This document shows positions 19,245 to 26,983 of a DNA stretch of 30,507 nucleotides, one piece after another. The DNA is taken from contig CAZHAI010000001.1 of the NCBI GenBank assembly GCA_964530645.1, positions 1 to 30,507 of the forward strand, in the 5' to 3' direction. The notes under the pieces were generated by a model, which was not told the origin of the DNA, ran no database searches, and saw only the letters and a list, made by a program, of their open reading frames with translations. Source of the DNA: an uncultured Rikenella sp. (GTDB taxonomy: Bacteria; Bacteroidota; Bacteroidia; Bacteroidales; VadinHA17). Positions within the stretch are counted from its first letter, which is position 1; the number at the start of each line of letters is the position of its first letter. The translations under genes and the position numbers were made by a program.

Positions 19245-20744
19245 ATGAAAAGGCTTTGGTACATTATCCCGGCAGTAATTCTGACAGCAAGCGCATGTTC
19301 ATCTGTGCGCTTCGCGGGTGCCACAAACGATGACCTGTACTACAGGCCGTCAAATGCACCTGTTACAGCAGCCACGGTTCAGGACAGAACCGCCGGTCAG
19401 TACTATGACAATATATTTGCGGCTGATACCCTTATCGCAGATGAGTATATCCCTGACGGCGAATACCTGGAATATGCAGCCGGCGAGGCTAGTGTGGTGA
19501 ACAACTACTACGGCAGCCCCAGCGAAAGGATCTACATGTTCAATGATGACTATTTTTACCCTTACTGGAGAGACCCCTTCTACTACTCACCCTTCTCGAT
19601 GAGGCTCAACTTCGGTTACGGATACGGAAGCTGGAGCCCCTTCTCATCACGGTACTCCTGGGGATATGATCCTTTCTACTACGACATGTATTCACCTTAC
19701 TCATATTACAGCCCTTATGATTATTACTGGGGTGGATACCCATACTACGGCGGATACTACGGATACAATAATTATTACGGTTACAACAACTACTTCGGAT
19801 ACGGCGGTTACAACCCCTGGTATTCAGGCTATGGATGGCCTTCATACTATAACGGCAGCAATGACTATGTGGCAACAACCAGCCGCAGGGGAGGTTACAG
19901 CACCATGTCAAGAGGCACATCCTCCAACTCTGACAGCAGAAGCAAGTCCGGATATGCACCTTCCGGAACAACATACAACAGACGCGGCATCCCGGCAGCC
20001 GAATCAGCAACACCGGCCGGTGCCACAGGTGCCAACGCCAGGAGATCATCTCAGGAGGCCGGTACTGTAAGCAGGGAGGGGACCACTTCAGGTACGGTTA
20101 CCAGACCTGAATACACGAGGCGTGAGGCTGGCGAAACCACCGTCCGGAATCCGACCCAGACCCGCACACAGTCGCAGGTGAGGACTGAAACTCCGACCCA
20201 GAGCCGTACCCAGACGCCGGTCAGGACCGAAACATCCACACAGACACGTACACAGTCGCAGAATCCGGTAAGAACGCAGACCCAGACTGTCAACAGGCCT
20301 CAGTATCAGCCTTCCGAAAGGAGCTATACTCCGAGCTACAATAATCCCAGAGTGAGTTCAAGGCCTTCGTACAACACTACACGCAGCGGCGGCACGACTA
20401 CGCAAAGCAGCGGTACAGTATACAACAGAAGCACCTCCTCAGGCAGCAGCACACCGGCTTACACGCCCTCCAGATCGTCGTCATCCCAGGTGCAGTATTC
20501 TGCTCCCTCGCGCAGCAGCAGCGGATCTTCATACTCATCCGGCAGCAGCAATGGCGGATCGTCCTACTCAGGAGGCAGGAGCAGCGGCAGCAGCAGCAGC
20601 GGTTCATCCTATTCCTCCGGCGGCAGGAGCAGCTCCGGTTCGGGATCCTCATACTCAGGCGGAAGCTCCGGTTCAGTATCTTCCTCCTCATCCTCCTCAT
20701 CCTCCTCATCCGGGCGAAGCTCATCATCAGGCGGAAGAAGATAA
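19245..20744 (+). CDS. Lipoprotein with Tyr/Gly-rich and Ser/Arg/Thr-rich low-complexity regions
   Basis: Signal peptide II ending ILTASAC (Cys18), then NDDLYY; 36 Tyr in 112 residues (19533-19868); long Ser/Gly tail. Confidence 0.85.
   Translation: MKRLWYIIPAVILTASACSSVRFAGATNDDLYYRPSNAPVTAATVQDRTAGQYYDNIFAADTLIADEYIPDGEYLEYAAGEASVVNNYYGSPSERIYMFNDDYFYPYWRDPFYYSPFSMRLNFGYGYGSWSPFSSRYSWGYDPFYYDMYSPYSYYSPYDYYWGGYPYYGGYYGYNNYYGYNNYFGYGGYNPWYSGYGWPSYYNGSNDYVATTSRRGGYSTMSRGTSSNSDSRSKSGYAPSGTTYNRRGIPAAESATPAGATGANARRSSQEAGTVSREGTTSGTVTRPEYTRREAGETTVRNPTQTRTQSQVRTETPTQSRTQTPVRTETSTQTRTQSQNPVRTQTQTVNRPQYQPSERSYTPSYNNPRVSSRPSYNTTRSGGTTTQSSGTVYNRSTSSGSSTPAYTPSRSSSSQVQYSAPSRSSSGSSYSSGSSNGGSSYSGGRSSGSSSSGSSYSSGGRSSSGSGSSYSGGSSGSVSSSSSSSSSSSGRSSSSGGRR
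20151..20282 (+). repeat. Three degenerate ~14-aa coding repeats (PTQTRTQSQVRTET / PTQSRTQTPVRTET / STQTRTQSQNPVRTQT)
   Basis: Read directly from the translation; units start at 20151, 20193 and 20235 (42-nt period). Confidence 0.8.
20679..20711 (+). repeat. Poly-Ser tract (11 Ser) containing (TCCTCCTCA)x3
   Basis: 9-nt unit at 20682, 20691 and 20700. Confidence 0.85.
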
Positions 20745-20825
20745 ACAGTAACATTGATATAATTGATCCATGTTCCGCTCACCACGCAGGAGCAACAGGA
20801 ATTGTATATCTGAAAATTTAAGAAA

Positions 20826-22337
20826 ATGAAAAGAAAAATATTACTGATTGCCGCAGCAGCACTGCTCTTCCCTGTCTGGATGGCAGGACAGAACATGGAT
20901 GATGCACTCAGGTACTCCAGGCTATTCAACCAGGGTACTGCAAGATTCAACGGCATGAGCGGAGCCTTTACCGCCCTTGGAGGCGATGTTTCGGCAATTG
21001 GCCTTAACCCCGCTGCTGCAGGCCTCTTCCGTTCGACGGAAGTGACAATCACCCCGCAGGTCTTTTTCCGCGACATGAATACCGACTGGAACGGATTCGG
21101 GAGCGATGACAGCTATTCGGGAATCAATCTCGGGCAGATAGGCGTCGTATCATCAATCAGTACAGGGAGAACCTCCGGTCTCACAAACCTTTCAATCGCA
21201 TATTCCTTCAACAGGACAAACAACTATTACAGGTATGCTGTTGTAGACGGAGTCAGTGACGACGGATCCATGGCTGACTGGTGGGCATATGATGCCCGTG
21301 AGTTCAGAACCGGCGAACTTGGAGGCAAGGCATGGATGGCCTATGAAACCTATCTGATCGATACACTCCCGAACTTTCTGGATCAGTACGGATCCATCTA
21401 CTCATATTACGGGGAGGTTGATCCTGTTTACGGACAACAGGTAAAGAGAGTCATTGACAACTCCGGTTACAGCAACGAGCACACAGTGGCACTCGGTGCA
21501 AATCTTGGGGACAAAGTCTACCTCGGTGCCGGTTTTGGAATAACAAACCTTTCATATACAGGTCATTATACTCACAGTGAGATCGATGAAGCCCAGAATA
21601 CTTTTGATTTGCAGAACTTCACATACACTGACCATTTCAATGCAGTCGGATCAGGTTGGAACTTCAAGTTAGGGGCAATAGTCAGACCGTTTGAATCGTT
21701 ACGCATCGGAGTTGGATTCACCACCCCCACGATTTATAACATTGACGAGGTATGGTACAACAGTCTGTCTGTCAAACTTGACCGTAATACCCCTTCAAAC
21801 CCGGCTGATGACCTAAGCCCATTAGCAGAGCTTGACGACGACTACAGCTACCGCATCACAACCCCTTATCATCTCAATGCCGGCATTGCATACCAGATTG
21901 GTGACTTTGGCGTGATAAGTGCAGACTATGAATTGGTTGACTATGGTACTGCGAAGCTCAGCAGAGGCAGTGACGGTTATGACTTCAGCGCTGAAAACGA
22001 AGATCTTACAGCTGAAATGGGAAGCGCCGCCAACCTGAGGCTCGGTGCTGAGGCACGGTTAGGACCGCTGTATTTTCGCGGAGGGTACAGTTATCACGGC
22101 TCATCATTTACCGAAGGAACACTAAATGAGGATGCCACCTCTCACGGCTACAGCGCCGGGCTGGGGTTCAGGCAGGATAAATTCTACATAGATGCAGCTA
22201 TGGTGTGGCTTAACAGCTACGAAGCATATATGATGTTCCCCGATGATCCGAGACCTGATCCATTCTATAACAGTGATCCTGTCAATCTGAATACAAAGGA
22301 TAAGTACCTGTCGGTTACGGTCGGACTGAAATTCTAA
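20826..22337 (+). CDS. OmpP1/FadL/TodX-family outer-membrane beta-barrel
   Basis: Signal peptide; hatch motif GTARFNGMSGAFTALGGDVSAIGLNPAAAG; C-terminal beta-signal SVTVGLKF. Confidence 0.85.
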   Translation: MKRKILLIAAAALLFPVWMAGQNMDDALRYSRLFNQGTARFNGMSGAFTALGGDVSAIGLNPAAAGLFRSTEVTITPQVFFRDMNTDWNGFGSDDSYSGINLGQIGVVSSISTGRTSGLTNLSIAYSFNRTNNYYRYAVVDGVSDDGSMADWWAYDAREFRTGELGGKAWMAYETYLIDTLPNFLDQYGSIYSYYGEVDPVYGQQVKRVIDNSGYSNEHTVALGANLGDKVYLGAGFGITNLSYTGHYTHSEIDEAQNTFDLQNFTYTDHFNAVGSGWNFKLGAIVRPFESLRIGVGFTTPTIYNIDEVWYNSLSVKLDRNTPSNPADDLSPLAELDDDYSYRITTPYHLNAGIAYQIGDFGVISADYELVDYGTAKLSRGSDGYDFSAENEDLTAEMGSAANLRLGAEARLGPLYFRGGYSYHGSSFTEGTLNEDATSHGYSAGLGFRQDKFYIDAAMVWLNSYEAYMMFPDDPRPDPFYNSDPVNLNTKDKYLSVTVGLKF

Positions 22338-22344
22338 AAGTTGG

Positions 22345-22986
22345 TTAACAGTTGTCTGCATCCAGGGACCTCAGCAATAAAGCTCGGGTCCCTGGTCCGT
22401 TATTCAGGAGCAGGTCGATGATGCTCATCCCCGGGGTGAAACCGTGTCTTTCACCGAAGACCTGCGTGTACGGGATGTCTGAATAGCCTGCAATTTCTGA
22501 CTGTCTCTTCGGGGTGATGCTATAACGGTAATCATTCACCAGGCTGCCTTCGGGCTCGAATTTATCGGTATAATCAATCTGCACTCCCAGACCCAGTGCA
22601 TCGCAAACTGCGCCAAGCGCGGCGGTGTTCAGATCAAACAGGAAGCTGTACTGCCTGGTGATGACATCCCTGATAAGGTCATAGTAGTACTCGAAAAAAG
22701 GGGCAGCGGCATAAGCCGATGTTATACTCCCCAGGTGCTGCTCACGCCACCTTTTGCTCCCGTCAATCTCCAGCCCGCTTATGGGAGTCTTGTGAAATGA
22801 GCCCCTAAGAACAGGAACGATCAGGGGGAGGGAGCCGTTTGCTCCCATTATTATGCACCTGTTGCGGTAAGTCTGCCTGTGATAATTCTCGCATCTCTCG
22901 ATGATCACCCTTCTGCTCTTCGCTATGAGGCTGAAATACTCAGCGGGAGGGAAATATGCGGTGGAGAGAAGAACCTCCTCAGTCAT
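22345..22986 (-). CDS. WbqC-family protein
   Basis: STAYFPP, ENYHRQTYRNRC.I, W...H..SI.SAY..APFFEYY, Y.QVF...HGF.PGMSIIDLL.N.GP. Confidence 0.9.
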   Translation of the reverse strand: MTEEVLLSTAYFPPAEYFSLIAKSRRVIIERCENYHRQTYRNRCIIMGANGSLPLIVPVLRGSFHKTPISGLEIDGSKRWREQHLGSITSAYAAAPFFEYYYDLIRDVITRQYSFLFDLNTAALGAVCDALGLGVQIDYTDKFEPEGSLVNDYRYSITPKRQSEIAGYSDIPYTQVFGERHGFTPGMSIIDLLLNNGPGTRALLLRSLDADNC

Positions 22987-22991
22987 CTAAT

Positions 22992-23738
22992 TCAGAGGCT
23001 GTTGATCCGGCTTGCAGCAAAGCCTGCCCCGAACCCGTTGTCAATGTTCACCACTGTAACTCCTGCAGCACAACTCGTCAGCATGGCAAGAAGGGCTGAA
23101 ATGCCTTCAAACGACGCACCATATCCAACACTTGTAGGAACTGCGATCACCGGCATGTTCACAAGACCTCCGATTACGCTTGCAAGCGCACCTTCCATGC
23201 CGGCTATCACAACAGTTACCTTGCATGAGCGTATCTCAGGCAGCTTGTCAACCAGCCTGTGTATGCCGGCCACCCCGGCATCGTAGATCCTTACCACATC
23301 ATTGCCGAGAAGTTCGGCAGTGACTGCAGCTTCTTCAGCAACCGGGATGTCAGAGGTGCCTGCAGTGATTATAGCAATCTTTGTGGCCGGAGGAGTGATC
23401 TCCTTTCTCCTGATGCTGATTATGCGTGCAATCTCGTAGTAGACGGCATCTGGGAACGAGGGAGCTATGTAATCAAACATCTCTTTTCCTGCCCTTGTAC
23501 CTATTATATTATTGCCATGCCCTTCCATTGCATGAAAAATGGCCCTCACCTGCTCCGGCGTCTTGCCGGCGCAGTAAACTATCTCCGGATAACCCGTCCT
23601 GAGCTCACGGTGATGGTCAATGCGCGCGAATCCAAGGTCAGTATAAGGAAACTCTTTCAGCTTCTCCATGGCCTCCTCCACACTGACCGATTTGTTCCTG
23701 ATACCGTTTAGTATCTTCTCAAGCTCTGCTGCATTCAT
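22992..23738 (-). CDS. larB: NPN cofactor biosynthesis protein LarB (NaAD carboxylase/hydrolase)
   Basis: DHHRELRTGYPE, AGTSD.PVAEEA, DAGVAGIHRL, AGMEGAL, PTSVGYG, MLTSCAAG.VVNIDNGFGA. Confidence 0.95.
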   Translation of the reverse strand: MNAAELEKILNGIRNKSVSVEEAMEKLKEFPYTDLGFARIDHHRELRTGYPEIVYCAGKTPEQVRAIFHAMEGHGNNIIGTRAGKEMFDYIAPSFPDAVYYEIARIISIRRKEITPPATKIAIITAGTSDIPVAEEAAVTAELLGNDVVRIYDAGVAGIHRLVDKLPEIRSCKVTVVIAGMEGALASVIGGLVNMPVIAVPTSVGYGASFEGISALLAMLTSCAAGVTVVNIDNGFGAGFAASRINSL

Positions 23739-23740
23739 TA

Positions 23741-24529
23741 TTATTCCGTTTTATTCATGCTTCCGGTGCGGTAACCCTCAGCATCGATAGTAACATATTT
23801 GAAACCCAATGCCCTGATGGCTTCTGACAGGTTCACGCGCGTTTCCGTTATGGCCATCCGCTCGAAGTGTCCGGCTCTCAGCTCAATTCTGACAAGTTCA
23901 CCGTGCACTCTCACCCGGGCTCCGGGAAATCCTGCTGCTGTCACCAGGTTTTCAGCAGCCTCTGTTCTGCGCAGATCGCCCGTATTAATAACAGTATCAT
24001 GAGGGAACCTTGTCAGCAGGCAGGCATTTGACGGTTTGTCGCTTACCTCAAGTCCTGCTTCCCTGGCATATGCCCTTATCTCCGTTTTTGTGAGTTTGGC
24101 TTCAGCAAGAGGACTTCTGACACCGGCCTCCTTAAGAGCTTTCAGTCCGGGACGATACTCTTTGAGATCGTCGGCGTTTGTGCCGTCAAAGACGAAGGCA
24201 TATCCGTCATCACGAGCTGAGGCTGTAACCGCCTTCATCACCTCTGTCTTGCATAGATAACAGCGGTCCGGCGGATTGGAAAGCACCGCGACAGGGATCC
24301 CCAGCCCAAGTATCCTGTGCGTTACTCCGGCCTTCCTGCAGAAATGTCCGGCATCATCAACCTCTGAAGAGAACATGTACGGAGTGCTGACGGTTACAGC
24401 CATGACCCTGAGACCAGGAACGCCTGCGGCTACACTCACAAGAAAGGTGCTGTCAGTACCACCTGAAAGGGCGATCACAGCTGAACCGGCCTCCGCAAGG
24501 ATGGCCCTGAGGTTTTCGAGCTTATCCAT
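23741..24529 (-). CDS. larE: NPN cofactor sulfur transferase LarE (CxxC...C type)
   Basis: PP-loop LSGGTDS; RCYLCK (C90, C93); DGTNADD...YRPG; KPSNACLLTR (C170); RVRVHG; GYRTGSMN. True start is MDKLENL at 24529; the ORF-track extension to 24619 lies inside larC. Confidence 0.94.
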   Translation of the reverse strand: MDKLENLRAILAEAGSAVIALSGGTDSTFLVSVAAGVPGLRVMAVTVSTPYMFSSEVDDAGHFCRKAGVTHRILGLGIPVAVLSNPPDRCYLCKTEVMKAVTASARDDGYAFVFDGTNADDLKEYRPGLKALKEAGVRSPLAEAKLTKTEIRAYAREAGLEVSDKPSNACLLTRFPHDTVINTGDLRRTEAAENLVTAAGFPGARVRVHGELVRIELRAGHFERMAITETRVNLSEAIRALGFKYVTIDAEGYRTGSMNKTE

Positions 24530-24534
24530 TTGAC

Positions 24535-25896
24535 TTATTCCTTTCCGGTGAAAAGTGCCGATATCTCCTGCATTACCTGCTTCATCGGAAGGCCCGTCGC
24601 TGCTGCAATGGCTGCGCACCTGTCTGCCTCGGGCTTTACTGATACAAGCCTCTCACCGAAGAATGATTTTTTGATAACCACCTTCCCGAAACGGGTGTCA
24701 ATCTCCTCAAATTCCCTTTGCAGTGTCTCTTTGGTGAAGGGGGTGACTCTAAGACCGATTGTTGTTGATTCGGTAAACAGTATCTCCCTGACCGCATTTA
24801 GCTGGTCCTCTTCGCAGATGACGCTGAGAGTGAAGGCGGGCCTTCCCTTCTTCATTATGACAGGTGTATACCATACGTCGCCTGCACCCGCGGAAAAGAG
24901 TCTTCCTGTAAGGTATTCCGACAGTTCGGGGTTCATGTCATCAACATTGCACTGAACGAGCAGAGCCTGGTGACCCATGCCATGCTCCTCCGCAGTCTCA
25001 GCCAGATACACCCTGAGCATGTTTGGCCGCGATGGGTTGTCTTTGTGACCTATCCCGTAGCCGCTCTTCCTTATGATAAGATTCATTGATTGAGGAAGCG
25101 GCTCAGCCATCGCCGCTATTATTGCTGCCCCTGTCGGGGTTGTGGCCTCGAAACTTACTCCGCCGGTATGTACCGGGAAACCGCTGATTATTCTGGCAGT
25201 GGCCGGTGCTGGGACGGGCAGCAGGCCGTGCTTGCATTTCACCATGCCTCCACCGAGCTCAACAGCTGAAACATAAACCTTATCAACTCCAAGATCATCA
25301 AAACAGATTGCAGCTCCTACAATGTCAACGATTGAATCAATGGCTCCGACCTCGTGAAAATGAATCTCCTCTAGCGGTTTGTTGTGAACTGCTGCCTCCG
25401 CCTCCGCAATGTGACGGAAGATCTTCATTGACAGCTCTTTCACAGACAGGGGAAGGGTACTTGCATTAATTATCCTTTCGATGTCAGCCAGGTTCCGGTC
25501 AGGGTGGATCTCGTGGCCATGGCCATGGTCGTGGCTGTGGCCGTGCTCGTGGTCGTGCGCATGGTCCTGTTCATTGTCGTGCACATGGTCGTGCACATGG
25601 TCGTGGCTATGGTCATGCTCGTGGTCGTGCAAATGGTCGTGCTCGTGGTCGTGCAAATGGTCATGCTCGTGCTCGTGGAAATGCTCGTGATCCTCCACAC
25701 CTTCAGCAATGACTTTGACTTTGGTGCCTGCAATGCCGTGACGCTGGTCACGTGTAATCTCCAGCCGCCACCCTACTGTATTTAACTTCTGCAGGCCGCT
25801 GATCAGGGTCTCGCGACTGACACCCAGGTCTAGCATGGCCCCCAGGTTCATGTCGCCGCTTATGCCGGAAAAGCAGTCGTAGTACAGTATCTTCAT
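24535..25896 (-). CDS. larC: NPN cofactor nickel insertase (CTP-dependent cyclometallase) LarC, single uninterrupted ORF with His-rich insert
   Basis: DCFSGISGDM, HFHEVGAIDS, HG.LPVPAPAT, TPTGAA, NVDDMNPE, MKKGRP, ESTTIG.R, KPE. Confidence 0.95.
   Translation of the reverse strand: MKILYYDCFSGISGDMNLGAMLDLGVSRETLISGLQKLNTVGWRLEITRDQRHGIAGTKVKVIAEGVEDHEHFHEHEHDHLHDHEHDHLHDHEHDHSHDHVHDHVHDNEQDHAHDHEHGHSHDHGHGHEIHPDRNLADIERIINASTLPLSVKELSMKIFRHIAEAEAAVHNKPLEEIHFHEVGAIDSIVDIVGAAICFDDLGVDKVYVSAVELGGGMVKCKHGLLPVPAPATARIISGFPVHTGGVSFEATTPTGAAIIAAMAEPLPQSMNLIIRKSGYGIGHKDNPSRPNMLRVYLAETAEEHGMGHQALLVQCNVDDMNPELSEYLTGRLFSAGAGDVWYTPVIMKKGRPAFTLSVICEEDQLNAVREILFTESTTIGLRVTPFTKETLQREFEEIDTRFGKVVIKKSFFGERLVSVKPEADRCAAIAAATGLPMKQVMQEISALFTGKE
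25504..25689 (-). repeat. His-rich (HX)n tandem repeat within larC
   Basis: 29 His in 62 residues; 24-nt units at 25624-25647 and 25648-25671 (23/24 identical); perfect 12-nt duplication at 25576-25599. Confidence 0.92.
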
Positions 25897-25964
25897 TCTT
25901 TTTTAGTTTTTTTAACAATCGGCGCCCTGCCCGCATAATCGCTTGCGCCCGTGCTCTCAGGCTG

Positions 25965-26012
25965 CTAATATAAGAATACGGAGCCGATATATTGAAAAAA
26001 ATGTTTACTTTG
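25965..26012. promoter_or_regulatory. Candidate back-to-back promoters in the larC/DUF362 divergent region
   Basis: TATATTAG on - (25965-25972) and TTACTTTG on + (26005-26012), each with one mismatch to TAnnTTTG. Confidence 0.3.
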
Positions 26013-26050
26013 CATCTTCTCTTTTTAGGGGTAATATCTAACAGCAGGGA

Positions 26051-26977
26051 ATGAAAAGACGAAATTTCTTAAGGAGTTCGCTTGGTGCCGGACTGGCGGC
26101 AGGTACGTTCATGAGTTTTGGCAGGTACGAACAGGCATTTGCAGGAAAAAGACTGCCGGCAGGCGCCGATTATGACCTCATCGCAGTGATGGGAGGGGAG
26201 CCTGCAGCTATGTTTGACATGGGTATTCAGGCGATGGGAGGCATGGGGAGCTTCGTGAAAAAAGGGCAGAAAGTGCTGGTGAAACCCAATATAGGATGGG
26301 ATGTTGTGCCTGACAAGGGTGCAAACACAAACCCCGCCCTCGTTAAAAGGATAATCGAGCACTGCTACAGGGCAGGAGCAAAAGAGGTATATGTATTTGA
26401 CAACACCTGTGACAACTGGATAAAGTGCTACAAGAACTCCGGGATAGAACAGGCTGTGAAGGACGCGGGTGCAAAGATCGTCCCTGCAAATTCGGAGAGC
26501 TACTACCAGGAGGTTTCTATCCCCAACGGCAAGAAGCTGACGAAGACCAAGGTTCATGAGCTGGTTCTGGAGAGCGATGTCTTCATAAACGTACCTGTCC
26601 TGAAACATCACAGTTCAGCCATGATGACAGGAGCCCTTAAAGGGATGATGGGAGTTGTCTGGGACCGTGGATACTGGCACAGGAATAATCTCAACCAGTG
26701 CATCGCTGACTATGCGCTTTACCCGAAGAAGCCGCAGCTGAACGTTCTTGATGCTTACAACGTCATGATGCGCAACGGTCCCCGCGGTGTCTCAGTGGCT
26801 GACCTCTCCGCCATGAAATCACTTATGATCTCAACCGACTGGGTGGCAATCGATGCTGCCGGAGCAAAAATGATGGGCAAGGAGCCCTCATCAATAGAGC
26901 ATATTGCACTTGCTGCCGGAATGGGCATCGGCAAGATGGATCTTGCAGCAATGAATATCCACAGGATGAAAATGTAA
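26051..26977 (+). CDS. DUF362-family protein with Tat signal peptide
   Basis: MKRRNFLRSSLGAGLAAG twin-arginine leader; DUF362 motifs VLVKPNIGW, TNPALV, FINVPVLKHH...TGALKGMMG, D.VAIDA. Confidence 0.88.
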   Translation: MKRRNFLRSSLGAGLAAGTFMSFGRYEQAFAGKRLPAGADYDLIAVMGGEPAAMFDMGIQAMGGMGSFVKKGQKVLVKPNIGWDVVPDKGANTNPALVKRIIEHCYRAGAKEVYVFDNTCDNWIKCYKNSGIEQAVKDAGAKIVPANSESYYQEVSIPNGKKLTKTKVHELVLESDVFINVPVLKHHSSAMMTGALKGMMGVVWDRGYWHRNNLNQCIADYALYPKKPQLNVLDAYNVMMRNGPRGVSVADLSAMKSLMISTDWVAIDAAGAKMMGKEPSSIEHIALAAGMGIGKMDLAAMNIHRMKM

Positions 26978-26983
26978 CCCTGA

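Noticed and set aside
20051-21076. Minus-strand ORFs with Arg/Cys or Glu/Asp runs (20051-20293, 20398-20754, 20609-21076)
   Set aside because: These are antisense shadows of the Ser/Gly low-complexity tail, with no independent coding evidence.
24530-24619. 30-aa N-terminal extension of LarE in the ORF track
   Set aside because: It overlaps the larC 3' end; homology begins at MDKLENL (ATG 24529), 5 bp after the larC stop.
25504-25689. Periodic repeat as a CRISPR array
   Set aside because: The 6/12/24-nt periodicity has no unique spacers, lies in-frame inside larC, and no cas genes are present.
25470-25785. Overlapping ORFs with Trp/Ser/Cys, Met/Val or Thr repeats (25481-25690, 25504-25785, 25470-25751)
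   Set aside because: These are alternative-frame shadows of the His-repeat in larC.
24535-25896. Programmed frameshift splitting larC1/larC2 as in L. plantarum
   Set aside because: larC is one continuous 453-aa ORF containing both halves.
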